From an uncultured Gammaproteobacteria bacterium (lineage in GTDB: Bacteria; Pseudomonadota; Gammaproteobacteria; UBA6002): a DNA stretch of 64,000 nucleotides. The notes beneath the pieces are model-generated. The model did not search any database. It worked only from the letters and a program-made list of their open reading frames with translations, and was not told where the DNA came from. Position 1 is the stretch's first letter; each line of letters opens with the position of its first letter. Below, in pieces: positions 22,880 to 32,913 of this stretch. A program made the position numbers and the translations under genes. The stretch lies in the NCBI GenBank assembly GCA_963705725.1, contig CAVPKM010000013.1, positions 25,862 through 89,861 on the forward strand, in the 5' to 3' direction.

Positions 22880-23391
22880 ATCTATTGCCTTGGCGAGAAG
22901 AAAAGCAAAAAAAAATTAAAAAAGTTTTATGGATGGGATTGGTTATTACCATAATGCTATCTGCTATAGCGACGCATTGTGTCCGAAAATCGTGCGAAGA
23001 AAAAACCGAAAAACTAAAACAATCAAATGAAATTTTAAAAACAAAATTACAGGCATGCCGTATTAGTAATGAAAATTTTTCAAAAGAATTAATCAAGTAT
23101 CGCAGGCCATTAATTAAGGAAAAATTAAAAAATAGGCAGATCGAGGTTTCGCGTTTGCTCACTTTAGTTACTGCAGCTTTTCCTGAAAATGGAAAGGCGG
23201 AATATGTCTTATTTACTGATAAAGGGTTGGTGGTAAATGGGGTGTTAAATAATGCGAATCAAGAGTCATTAAACAATTTTGTGAAAAAACTTCAGATTAA
23301 CTATAAAAAAAATATTGCCATTATAAAAAATATTAAACATGAGGAAACGGTGTGTTTCACGATAGGGTTTAGCTTAAAAGGAACGACTTAA
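22873..23391 (+). CDS. pilN: type IV pilus assembly protein PilN
   Basis: MLNLLPWREEK N-terminus, single TM, coiled coil. Confidence 0.75.
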   Translation: MLNLLPWREEKQKKIKKVLWMGLVITIMLSAIATHCVRKSCEEKTEKLKQSNEILKTKLQACRISNENFSKELIKYRRPLIKEKLKNRQIEVSRLLTLVTAAFPENGKAEYVLFTDKGLVVNGVLNNANQESLNNFVKKLQINYKKNIAIIKNIKHEETVCFTIGFSLKGTT

Positions 23392-23855
23392 TGACCAAAT
23401 CCTTCTTTTCTAATAAATTATGGATGTTCGCTATCCTTATTTTATTTCAATGGCTGGTTGAATATACGTTGCTGATTTCAAAATACAAAAATTCTCTTGC
23501 GGAGAATAAATTAATCAATGGTCAATTGAAGGAAAAAATAACCGTATTAAATAAGGTTAACAAAGAAAAATTTAATCAATTATTAGCGTGTAGCCAAGCT
23601 AGAGTATATGAAAAATTTCATAGGGATTCAAAAAAAATTAAATTATTGTTGCAAGAGATGGCAAGAAATTCAGGCTTATCAATGGAGGAATTAAATAAAA
23701 ATGAGCAAGGTTATTTTATGTTAATGAGAGGGAGTTGGAATCAATTTTTAGATTTTTATCATCGCTGTGGTAAGGAAAGCATCCTTATTTCAGATTTTAT
23801 TGTAAGTGATGGTGAGCAAGATTTATCTATCTATCTGAAAATTGATCAACAATGA
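23391..23855 (+). CDS. pilO: type IV pilus assembly protein PilO
   Basis: Size, TM plus coiled-coil architecture, operon position. Confidence 0.65.
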   Translation: MTKSFFSNKLWMFAILILFQWLVEYTLLISKYKNSLAENKLINGQLKEKITVLNKVNKEKFNQLLACSQARVYEKFHRDSKKIKLLLQEMARNSGLSMEELNKNEQGYFMLMRGSWNQFLDFYHRCGKESILISDFIVSDGEQDLSIYLKIDQQ

Positions 23856-24157
23856 AATGGTTGGTGAGTTTGTCATTATTAATCGCCGCCTGTCCTGGAT
23901 TTTCGATGAGAAATATTTTTAAGCAAGAACGGCAAATGATTTTCAAATCAATTATAGAAATTTCTCCAGATCACTTACATATGATCGGTTATTTAAAATC
24001 TGAAAATCTGCTATGTGCGTTTTTGGAGGATAATATGGGTAGCATTTATCCTGTAAAATTAGGTCACGCAATTGGTGGAGAAAAGTATCAGGTAATGAAA
24101 ATTGAAAAACAGCGAGTCCTACTTTTTAATGGTCAACATTTTACTGTTATCCAATGA
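23852..24157 (+). CDS. pilP: type IV pilus lipoprotein PilP (short)
   Basis: Lipobox LIAAC; operon position before the secretin gene. Confidence 0.55.
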   Translation: MKWLVSLSLLIAACPGFSMRNIFKQERQMIFKSIIEISPDHLHMIGYLKSENLLCAFLEDNMGSIYPVKLGHAIGGEKYQVMKIEKQRVLLFNGQHFTVIQ

Positions 24158-25362
24158 TAAAAACTCTGCTAGCTTTATTTTTATTTTTTATCATTTCTCA
24201 ATCGCTGGCCCTTGAAAATCAAGCTCATTTAGTTGATATGGATTTTCAAAAAATTTCTGTGCGGGAGTTGTTGCAATTTCTTGCAGAATCAATGAATAGT
24301 AATTTAATTATGAGTGAAAATGTATCTGGATTCATTTCCATCCATCTTAAAAATGTGACTTGGAAACAAGCTTTCGACGGTGTTTTAGAAATGATGGGGC
24401 TGGTTAAGAGAGAACTTGAAAATTTGTTATTGGTTGGCACCCCCAATGAATTTTTATTAAGACAAAAACGTTTAGCAGAAGCGGTTCCTGTTACCTTTTT
24501 TGAATTTAGTCTTAAACATGTTGATGTCATGTTAGCGGAAACTTTGCTTCGTTCTCAGAGTGACATATTTTCGACAAATTTAAAAATAACTGCGATGCCA
24601 CTTACTAATAAGTTGATAATTAAAGATACCGTAAACAATATTCCGCAATTAAAAACTTTATTGAAAGAAATTGATCAACCAGTTAAGCAAATTATTATTC
24701 AGGCAAAAATCATTAATATTGATAACAGCAAGGTTCAAGAGCTTGGCTTGCATTTCAATGAAAAATCTTCAAAAAAAACTAAGAAGTCAATGCCGCTTTC
24801 CTTGCCTACATCCGTGGTAAGTGGATTACATTTTGCTGTTGCATCAGCTGCCCAAAACCCCTTGCTGAATTTACAATTAGACGCATTGCAAGCAGCGGGT
24901 CATAGTGCGCTAATAGCTGACCCAAAAATTATTACACAGAATAGAAAACAAGCGTTAATCGAATCAGGTGAAGAAATTCCTTATCAAGAAAGTACTTCAA
25001 GTGGTGCAACCAACACTACTTTTAAAAAAGCCGTGCTTTGTCTAAAAGTTAAGCCTTTGCTCTTGCCAGATGGAAGAATTAACATGGAGCTCGAAGTTAA
25101 TCAAAATAAAGTTTCTACCCTCGCGGTGAATGGTACTCCAGCAATTCAAACACAAGAGGTAAAAGCAGAAGTCACGATTAGGGAAGGAGAAACAGTGGTA
25201 TTGGGAGGGATTTTTGAAAAAGCTGCAACCTTAAATAAAAATGAACTGCCATTTATATCCAGACTGCCTGTTGTTGGTGTGTTATTTTCTCATCAGCATG
25301 AGAGCATCAAGACTAAGCAGTTGTTAATTTTAATTACACCTACGATAATGAATAACGATTAG
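24154..25362 (+). CDS. pilQ: type IV pilus secretin PilQ (compact, no AMIN domains)
   Basis: Secretin C-domain (…GETVVLGGIF…LPVVGVLFSHQHESIKTKQLLILITPTIM). 402 aa only. Confidence 0.8.
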   Translation: MIKTLLALFLFFIISQSLALENQAHLVDMDFQKISVRELLQFLAESMNSNLIMSENVSGFISIHLKNVTWKQAFDGVLEMMGLVKRELENLLLVGTPNEFLLRQKRLAEAVPVTFFEFSLKHVDVMLAETLLRSQSDIFSTNLKITAMPLTNKLIIKDTVNNIPQLKTLLKEIDQPVKQIIIQAKIINIDNSKVQELGLHFNEKSSKKTKKSMPLSLPTSVVSGLHFAVASAAQNPLLNLQLDALQAAGHSALIADPKIITQNRKQALIESGEEIPYQESTSSGATNTTFKKAVLCLKVKPLLLPDGRINMELEVNQNKVSTLAVNGTPAIQTQEVKAEVTIREGETVVLGGIFEKAATLNKNELPFISRLPVVGVLFSHQHESIKTKQLLILITPTIMNND

Positions 25363-25386
25363 CAGGTAAGATCAATTGGTAATAAT

Positions 25387-25913
25387 ATGCAAGATTCCCA
25401 AACTAATAATATATTTCTAGTGGGCCCGATGGGGGCAGGTAAAACCTCTGTTGGAAAGTTGCTCGCAAAAATATTGAATGTTCCTTTCTTTGATTCAGAT
25501 CAGGTGATCGAAGCACAAACAGGTGCCGATATCCCTTGGATTTTTGATGTGGAAGGTGAGGAGGGGTTTCGGAAGCGAGAAGAGAAAATCGTCGATGATT
25601 TAAGTAAAAAAAAGGGATTGTTCTCGCAACGGGGGGTGGAGTGGTACTTAAGGCTGATAATCGTCGTCATCTTGCTGGGCGAGGAACAGTTATTTATTTG
25701 CATGTCAGTATCGAGGAGCAACTGAATCGTACTTATCGTAGTCGAAATCGGCCGCTCCTATTAAAGCAACCCAACCTCAAAGCCATTCTTGAAAAGTTGC
25801 ACTTAGAAAGGGATTCGCTTTATGAGCAAATAGCAGATCATATCATTGACACGGATCATGGTTCTCTTAAGGGAATTGTTGATTCCATTTTAACTCGAGT
25901 GAAAAAAACATGA
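25387..25913 (+). CDS. aroK: shikimate kinase, interrupted by a frameshift at an A8 run (25606-25613)
   Basis: [14 protein letters not shown]alker A. Downstream frame (ORF 25641..25913) carries the rest of AroK (GRGTVIYL…). One extra A in the A8 run restores [15 protein letters not shown]. Confidence 0.8.
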
Positions 25914-26997
25914 TCACACCAATTAAGCTAATAGTGAATTTAGCAGGGCAAACTTATCCTGTTTATATAGGAGAGGATCTATTCAATCGAAATTTGCTCC
26001 ACCCCTATATTTTAGCTGAGCAAGTATTAGTCGTGACGAATGAGAAGGTCGCGCCCTTATATTTAGCCAAATTAAGGCAGGCGCTTTCCCATTATCAATA
26101 TAATGAAATTATTCTCCCTGATGGAGAAGTTAACAAGACCTTGCCAGTTGCTAATCAAATTTTTGACCAACTTGTTGAGCTTGCATATCGCCGGTAATGC
26201 TACATTAATTGCATTGCGGAGGCGGAGTAATCGGTGATTTGACAGGATTTGTGGCTGCTTGCTACCAGCGTGGTGTTAACTATATTCAACTCCCTACGAC
26301 CTTACTTAGCCAGGTGGATGCGGCCATCGGTGGGAAAACCGCGGTGAATCATCCCTTGGCAAAAAATATGATTGGGGCATTTCATCAGCCAAGGGCTGTG
26401 TTAATTGATATTCATACCTTGCAGACCCTTCCATTTCGTGAATATAAATCAGGCATTGCGGAAATTATTAAAGCGGCATTAATCAGTGATGAAGAATTTT
26501 TTTGTTGGTTAGAGTCTAATTTGGAGAGAGTGCTTAATCGAGAAACCTCTGCCTTGATTTATGCGATTCAACAAGCTGCTGCAATCAAAATAAAAATAAT
26601 TACCGCCGATGAAAAGGAAAAAGGGGTAAGAGCTTTTTTGAATTTAGGTCACACCTTTGCGCATGCAATTGAAAATTCTCTTGGCTACGGAGTGTGGTTG
26701 CATGGAGAAGCAGTCGCCGTGGGATTAGTTTTGGCGGTAGATTTGTCAATACGTTTAGGCTGGATTAATCAGTCAATAGGGGATCGAGTCAGAAAAATTT
26801 TGATGTCGGCAGATTTACCGATTAACTTACCAAGCGAAATCTCAGTCGATCAGCTGATTGCGGCTATGAATAAAGATAAAAAGAAAGAAGCAGAAGCCAT
26901 AAAATTTGTATTACTTAAAGAAATTGGACAGCCTATATTAAGTGCCAATCTAGATCAATCCTTGCTTGAGCGCATCTTGACTGAAAATCAAATTTGA
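25910..26997 (+). CDS. aroB: 3-dehydroquinate synthase, interrupted by two close frameshifts (~26185-26225)
   Basis: N-terminal ORF (25910..26197) and C-terminal ORF (26209..26997) together cover AroB. The intervening NATLIALGGG glycine motif is readable only in the third frame. Confidence 0.8.
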
Positions 26998-27020
26998 ACG
27001 TGAGAACGGAAAAGAGAAAA

Positions 27021-27659
27021 ATGTTATCCACTAAAGTATTGATCGATAATGGGCCTGTTGGGAACATTGAGGCGGTAATTGAGGCGCCGAGCTCCAAAAA
27101 AAAATTAGTTGGAATCATTTGCCACCCTCATCCCTTGCATGGCGGAACCATGAGCAACAAGGTGGTGACAACCGTTGTTCGTGCTTTTCAGCGATTGGAC
27201 ATTGTTCCCATTCGTTTTAATTTTCGTGGCGTCGGTCAAAGTGAGGGTAAGCACGACTATAGTCATGGGGAGCAGGATGACCTAAAGTCAGTGATTTCAT
27301 GGGCAAGACAAAATTTTGAAGATTATCAGCTAATCTTGGCTGGATTTTCATTTGGAGCTTTTATTGCGGCTAAGGTTGCAAGTGAAATTCCTCCAAAAGC
27401 GCTGATTACCATTGCTCCCGCAGTGAATCATAGCCCGTATGAAAATCTCCCTGCATTTGATTTTCCTTGGATTGTGGTTCAGGGAGAGGCAGATGAGGTG
27501 GTGCCTGCTTCTACAGTGTTTGACTGGCTAGCAAAACTTCACCCTCAGCCAATCACTATTCGTATGCCAGGGGTGAGCCATTTTTTCCACGGCCATCTAA
27601 TCGAACTACGCGATAGTTTAATTGAAAAGCTTGCGCCGATTATTGACCCTCGCGCCTAG
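27021..27659 (+). CDS. alpha/beta-hydrolase (esterase YqiA-like)
   Basis: GFSFGAF nucleophile elbow (GxSxG); ~210 aa. Confidence 0.6.
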   Translation: MLSTKVLIDNGPVGNIEAVIEAPSSKKKLVGIICHPHPLHGGTMSNKVVTTVVRAFQRLDIVPIRFNFRGVGQSEGKHDYSHGEQDDLKSVISWARQNFEDYQLILAGFSFGAFIAAKVASEIPPKALITIAPAVNHSPYENLPAFDFPWIVVQGEADEVVPASTVFDWLAKLHPQPITIRMPGVSHFFHGHLIELRDSLIEKLAPIIDPRA

Positions 27660-27731
27660 CTAATCAGAAAAGATTTTGTGTTCGTTAAATGTAAAAGCTA
27701 CAATCAATAAAATAAAACATGAGAGTAGTTT

Positions 27732-28328
27732 GTGCCTAAAGATGACGATACTTTATTAACGGATTTTGCGAAAGTAGTGTGGGGTAAAAGAGCAGAAGGG
27801 TTGCCCGTGCCAGAGCTCAGACTAGATTCAGAAATCGGTCCTCAAGAAATGGAAAATCTTAAGCTGCGCTCTGCGTTTGTTCAAATCTTAAATCCCAAAA
27901 AAGTCGACGAATTTGAGGCTGCTAAATTAGTAAAGCCACAAACTGGCTGGATAATAATAGATTATCGGTGTGCGCTTTCTGCCTCTGCTGGTGATGAGCT
28001 TCCATCGCATGGCAAGTATACGCGTGAGGCGGATGGATCGTTAATTCGGCTTTGTACCGGCAAGGGAACCCTAATCAAACAAATTGTGGATACTGCCACC
28101 GAGATGGTACGTTTGGTTCATGACAGAGGTTGGGATGTGGTACACATGGTAGATGGTCACCCGCTCATGATGTGGGCAATTTGGAAAGCCTGCCAAGAGT
28201 TGCAGATTTTGGTATCAGGTTATGTGCCTTCACTTGAAGAAGAAGAGAAGTATCGGCGCATCAAACGATATTGCGCCAATACACTGCTCATGCAATCAGA
28301 AAAACCCGCCGTTAAACCGCAATTTTAA
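27732..28328 (+). CDS. hypothetical 198-aa protein (orphan)
   Basis: ORF with no recognisable motif; convergent with the 677-aa orphan. Confidence 0.4.
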   Translation: MPKDDDTLLTDFAKVVWGKRAEGLPVPELRLDSEIGPQEMENLKLRSAFVQILNPKKVDEFEAAKLVKPQTGWIIIDYRCALSASAGDELPSHGKYTREADGSLIRLCTGKGTLIKQIVDTATEMVRLVHDRGWDVVHMVDGHPLMMWAIWKACQELQILVSGYVPSLEEEEKYRRIKRYCANTLLMQSEKPAVKPQF

Positions 28329-28351
28329 GGCATTCTTGCGCGATGATGGTC

Positions 28352-30385
28352 TTAGCGGCGGCGAGGAAAGATATTCCCATCGGGGTCTAAGTCATCGTCT
28401 TGACTTTCATCGCTCAATTCAACCGCATTTTCGTCAAATTCTATCCCTTTTTTAGATAAAATATTCTTGAATTTTACAAAAGCTGGCGAGTTTTCATCTT
28501 GTATTGAGCTAGCTATCCTTGTAAGATAGCTCCCAAGGGCATCATCTGAATAAACATCTACTCCTTCCAATACTCCATGCTCAATTTCTTTTTCAAAATC
28601 ACCCTGATCAAATTTAGACAAAATGGGGTTATTTTTTTCATATTCTTGTCTTTCTTGTAGTATTTTTAAAATGATTGCTGCCCTAAGTGCACTTGCATGG
28701 TCTACGTCCAATTGATCGATCTTTTCATATATCCGCATTCTGATTTCAGGTGTATACGTCGTCAATATCGTGTCGGCAGCCCTATCAACATCAAGCTCCT
28801 TTTCAATGTCGTTCCAAAATTTTCTGTCTGCTTTGTCATCAGCATAATTATACTTGTTGGTACTTTCGAATGCTTTGCGCACAGTTTCCTTTAGTGGACT
28901 GTGCTTTTCGTAATTAATTCCTTCCATTATTGTTGTTAATTCATTTTCCTCGCAGCGCGACAGTACTGCACGTAATTCTTTTTCAAAATTTCCTCTTGGA
29001 TGCGTGAAATTTGAAAGCATGGGTGCATTCTGTTCCACTAATTTTTGCTGATTAATTAATTGCTCGACAAGTATTGTTTTCACGTCAAGATCAACAGCCA
29101 TCTTGGAAAAAAGTGCCATCCTAGTGTGATGGTTTTCTCCTAAAAGTGCTTGAGCTTTCCCTTGTGGATCCGCTGCTTTTTCAACTTTTTCTAAAATTCT
29201 AGTTGCAGCAATACGGTTATATTCAAAGTCAAAAGCGACTTGTCCGCCATAACCTGTCAATAAACTATCAAATTCTTTGACGAATTGCCTGATGTATTCG
29301 TGACCATTGTAGTGTTTGTCGCCAACATCAAACTGCTGATCTCTTAATTCATAGGCAAGCTGTGCTCTTTCTTTTTCATTCATTCCCTTCAGCATTTGTC
29401 TGTGTCCAGGCTGATTCGCGGAAATAAGATTGAATTCTTGAGCTTGTGGCGATAAATCTGGGGATTGATTGAATACTGCATTTTCTTTTGTTTTACGAGT
29501 AACAGATTTTGCATGCATGATATTAGTCAGCGCTTCCCATTCTTTTTGGTAATGCACATACTGTCTTGGGCTTGAAAATGATCTAGGGTTGTTAAGCTTC
29601 TCTAGCGTAGCCTGGTCCAAAGCTACTGTTTCAACACCAGAAATTAGCGCCGCCTTGGCCGCCTTAATCGCATTTTGTGGCGTGCCGGAAAACTCAGCCC
29701 GCTTAAAGCCTGATGAAGCCATGGCATAGCCGAGCGCCTTAGGGTCATCACTGGTCAACGTATTCCCGCTCACATGAATATATTTGTTTTTACCATTCTT
29801 GAGGGAGGGAGGATTCTTACCTTCTAATTCTTTCATGAGGTTGTAGGTTCCGGGTAAGGGATTTTGGGCGACGGAAACTACATTTCCATTTTCATCGAGC
29901 GGAAACCGCCTTCTAAAATTGTTATAAGCTGCTAATTCATCATCTTCATTCTTTTTATTCAGGGATTGGTTAAGTAATTTTGTTGAGGATTCATGCATGG
30001 CAAGCAGCGCGGCTTCAATATCGCGAGTGCTATCATCTCCTTTAGGTAAGTCTTTAGTAAAAACTTTACGAGTATTATCTTGATAATCTTTTAAACTTTT
30101 AAAGTGGGGCGAGAATAAAGTTTGTGGCGTTTTTTCGTCCAGTGCCTCGAGGCTTGATTGACGTTTTAGACGAATTTCTTCATCTAAAAGGCCTAGTAAT
30201 TTTTGCTTAGCCGCGTCCTCAAGCACTGTTCGCTCAATAAGAGTCTTTAAGTCGCTTTCTTTTGCTTCAACTTCTGTGAGTTGAATTTTGGGAGCCGCAG
30301 GGTCAAGATTGTCAGGTCTTGGTTCGTTTCCAACAGCTCTCAGGTTCGCCTCGATTTCTGGTGGCACTTCTCGTCTATCTTGCAT
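28352..30385 (-). CDS. hypothetical 677-aa protein (orphan; candidate secreted effector)
   Basis: Long ORF, largely alpha-helical and acidic, no catalytic motif recognised. Inserted between a hydrolase gene and rplM. Confidence 0.5.
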   Translation of the reverse strand: MQDRREVPPEIEANLRAVGNEPRPDNLDPAAPKIQLTEVEAKESDLKTLIERTVLEDAAKQKLLGLLDEEIRLKRQSSLEALDEKTPQTLFSPHFKSLKDYQDNTRKVFTKDLPKGDDSTRDIEAALLAMHESSTKLLNQSLNKKNEDDELAAYNNFRRRFPLDENGNVVSVAQNPLPGTYNLMKELEGKNPPSLKNGKNKYIHVSGNTLTSDDPKALGYAMASSGFKRAEFSGTPQNAIKAAKAALISGVETVALDQATLEKLNNPRSFSSPRQYVHYQKEWEALTNIMHAKSVTRKTKENAVFNQSPDLSPQAQEFNLISANQPGHRQMLKGMNEKERAQLAYELRDQQFDVGDKHYNGHEYIRQFVKEFDSLLTGYGGQVAFDFEYNRIAATRILEKVEKAADPQGKAQALLGENHHTRMALFSKMAVDLDVKTILVEQLINQQKLVEQNAPMLSNFTHPRGNFEKELRAVLSRCEENELTTIMEGINYEKHSPLKETVRKAFESTNKYNYADDKADRKFWNDIEKELDVDRAADTILTTYTPEIRMRIYEKIDQLDVDHASALRAAIILKILQERQEYEKNNPILSKFDQGDFEKEIEHGVLEGVDVYSDDALGSYLTRIASSIQDENSPAFVKFKNILSKKGIEFDENAVELSDESQDDDLDPDGNIFPRRR

Positions 30386-30718
30386 AGCAACCTCTAATCT
30401 AAAAATTAACTGGATTTAATAACCATTCTATCAACATCACCTTAAGAAATCCTTACCGGATTTTGCGTCCTACTTAAGCGAATTGGTTAAATTGGCTAAA
30501 ACGTGCAAACGCCGCCCCGCGGACAAGCCCTAGGGCGACAGAAAAGCAAGCTTTCATCTGCGCTGAATCATTTTACTAATTATTTTACATTAATTATAGT
30601 AATAAATTATCAATAAAAAGGATTGAGCTGATGTCTCAATGGTGAAAAATTTCACACGAGTAACCTTGCGCCCCAATAAAATTCTCATTCCACTGCTTAA
30701 AACATGCTGTTTGTCTTG

Positions 30719-30724
30719 TATAAT
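30719..30724 (+). promoter_or_regulatory. candidate -10 box (TATAAT) for rplM-rpsI
   Basis: ttgtcTTGTATAATct lies 50 nt upstream of the rplM ATG; GGAG RBS at 30765-30768. Confidence 0.35.
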
Positions 30725-30774
30725 CTACGGCTTTATTGTAAGATTTTTCACTTTTCATTTCTTTGGAGCCTGTA

Positions 30775-31206
30775 ATGAGTACATATAGCGCTAAGCCAGC
30801 TGAAGTACGCCGAAAGTGGTGTGTGGTTGATGCAACAGATAAGACCTTGGGTCGTTTAGCTACTGCGATAGCTGTTCGATTGCGAGGAAAGCATAAGCCA
30901 GAATTTACTCCGCATGTGGATACGGGCGATTATGTCGTGGTGGTCAATGCTAAAAAAGTCAAAGTAACGGGCAATAAGTCCTCCGACAAGCTTTATCACC
31001 ATCACACGGGTTATCCAGGTGGGATAAAATCGGCAACTTTTGAAGAAATGCTTAAAAAAGCACCTACGCGTGTCATAGAGCTAGCCGTCAAGGGAATGTT
31101 GCCAAAAGGACCGCTCGGGCGCGCTATGTTTCGTAAATTAAAAATTTATGCTGGTGCTGAGCACCCACATGCTGCTCAACAACCGGAGCTTTTAGATAAT
31201 ATTTAA
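30775..31206 (+). CDS. rplM: 50S ribosomal protein L13
   Basis: [29 protein letters not shown]… typical L13; start taken at ATG 30775, not the upstream TTG. Confidence 0.9.
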   Translation: MSTYSAKPAEVRRKWCVVDATDKTLGRLATAIAVRLRGKHKPEFTPHVDTGDYVVVVNAKKVKVTGNKSSDKLYHHHTGYPGGIKSATFEEMLKKAPTRVIELAVKGMLPKGPLGRAMFRKLKIYAGAEHPHAAQQPELLDNI

Positions 31207-31218
31207 CGGGGTTTTTTC

Positions 31219-31617
31219 ATGCCACAAGCAATAGAACAAAATTATGGAACGGGCCGTCGTAAATCGGCTGCTGCTCGTGTTTTTATTCGTCCCGGAAAAG
31301 GGAATATCACCGTCAATCATCTACCTTTAGATAAGTACTTTTTAAGAGAAACGTCTCGCGTGATGGTAAGGCAGCCATTAGTCGTGGTGGGAGCTGTTGA
31401 AAAATTTGATGTTTATATCACGGTTCGAGGCGGAGGAAGCACGGGACAGGCTGGAGCGATTCGACATGGCCTTGCTCGAGCATTAATAGATTATGATGTT
31501 GCTTTGCGAGGTGAATTAAAGAGTCAGGGATTTCTGACACGTGATGCGCGTGAAGTTGAGAGAAAGAAAGTAGGATTGAAAAAAGCACGAAAAGCTCCTC
31601 AGTTCTCTAAACGTTAA
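31219..31617 (+). CDS. rpsI: 30S ribosomal protein S9
   Basis: …[19 protein letters not shown]…[13 protein letters not shown]-terminus. Confidence 0.9.
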   Translation: MPQAIEQNYGTGRRKSAAARVFIRPGKGNITVNHLPLDKYFLRETSRVMVRQPLVVVGAVEKFDVYITVRGGGSTGQAGAIRHGLARALIDYDVALRGELKSQGFLTRDAREVERKKVGLKKARKAPQFSKR

Positions 31618-31741
31618 TATTCCAAGTTATCTTTTATTATTAGATGGTCTCAAGATGGTCTCAGGTTTGGGCATCCGTTCTGTTTGTTGATTCTTGACAA
31701 GAATAATTATATTTTTGAGTTTTTTGAGTAAGGAGTGTTTG

Positions 31742-32359
31742 ATGAGTGTTCTCAAACGATCAGTGATGACCCTATATTCTGGTTCTCTTTGCCCATATAG
31801 CCATCGCGTTAGAATCGTATTGGCTGAAAAAGGCGTAAGCGTAGATATCATCCATGTAGACCTGAATAATCCTCCTGAAGAACTGATTGAACTTAATCCT
31901 TATCAAAGTGTTCCGACATTGGTTGATCGTGACTTAGTTCTGTATGAAGCGGGTATCATTATGGAATACCTGGATGAGCGGTTTCCTCATCCACCCCTTC
32001 TGCCCGTGTATCCCGTAGCAAGGGCAAAGAGCCGTTTGATGATGTATCGCATTGAAAAAGATTGGTATAAGCTAATGAACGCCATTCTAACTAACCAACC
32101 AACGAAGGAGACGGCTAGGAAGGAATTGCGTGAAAACTTAATTGCACTGGGCCCTGTATTTGGCAATATGCCTTATTTTATGAATGAAGAGTTTTCTCTA
32201 GTCGATTGTTACCTGGCGCCTTTATTGTGGCGCTTGCCACAACTTGGAATAGACCTTCCTCCTGCAGCGAATATGATTAAGCAATATGCGAAGCGGGTTT
32301 TCAGCCGAGAAAGTTTCCAGGTTAGTTTAACAGAAGCAGAACGTGAGATAGCGGAATAA
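31742..32359 (+). CDS. sspA: stringent starvation protein A (GST-like)
   Basis: MSVLKRSVMTLYSGSLCPYSHRVRIVLAEKGV… aligns along the full length with SspA. AAGGAG RBS at 31730. Confidence 0.85.
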   Translation: MSVLKRSVMTLYSGSLCPYSHRVRIVLAEKGVSVDIIHVDLNNPPEELIELNPYQSVPTLVDRDLVLYEAGIIMEYLDERFPHPPLLPVYPVARAKSRLMMYRIEKDWYKLMNAILTNQPTKETARKELRENLIALGPVFGNMPYFMNEEFSLVDCYLAPLLWRLPQLGIDLPPAANMIKQYAKRVFSRESFQVSLTEAEREIAE

Positions 32360-32360
32360 C

Positions 32361-32756
32361 ATGACTTCTAGCCGTCCTTACTTAATTCGCGCTCTCTATG
32401 AGTGGATTGTTGATAATAGGCTTACGCCATACATTATTGTTGATGCTGAGCTACCGGAAGTTTTTGTTCCCAGGCAGTATGTGAGTAAAGGACAGATCGT
32501 TCTTAATATCTCTCCTGATGCCGTTTATGATCTGCTCATTAGTAACATCGCTTTACAATTTCATGCTTCTTTTTCAGGTATTTCTCATCATGTTAAAGTC
32601 TCGATTATTTCCATTAAAGCAATCTATGCACAGGAAAATGGTGAGGGCATGTTTTTTGGAGAAGAGCCAGGCGGTGATACTCCTCCTGATAATAGTAAGT
32701 TTGAGTCTCCTAAAGACAAAAGTGCAAAAAAACCGCAGTTGAAAATAATCAAATAA
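32361..32756 (+). CDS. sspB: stringent starvation protein B (ClpXP adaptor)
   Basis: MTSSRPYLIRALYEWIVDNRLTPYIIVDA… conserved SspB N-domain; acidic tail. Confidence 0.85.
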   Translation: MTSSRPYLIRALYEWIVDNRLTPYIIVDAELPEVFVPRQYVSKGQIVLNISPDAVYDLLISNIALQFHASFSGISHHVKVSIISIKAIYAQENGEGMFFGEEPGGDTPPDNSKFESPKDKSAKKPQLKIIK

Positions 32757-32913
32757 CGCCAGTCTCTGCCCTTAAATAGGGCATCACATGTCATAATCTA
32801 ACATTTAATTTACAAATGCATTAAAATTATATAAAATTGTGCTTGCTAACAGTCTGATAGGATGAACAGGAGGAAAACATCTTTAATTATTTTGGGAAGG
32901 TAGTGATGCGAAG

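Noticed and set aside
30480-30560. Locally GC-rich segment (…CGCCGCCCCGCGGACAAGCCCTAGGGCGAC…) upstream of rplM
   Set aside because: Considered as a REP-like repeat or remnant. Only a short imperfect palindrome, no second copy in the window, not followed by structure; left unannotated.
31643-31665. Tandem GATGGTCTCA x2 downstream of rpsI
   Set aside because: Only two short copies; too small to call a repeat element or operator with any confidence.
32767-32783. Small hairpin TGCCC-ttaaata-GGGCA downstream of sspB as a terminator
   Set aside because: Only a 5-bp stem and no following T-run; weak.
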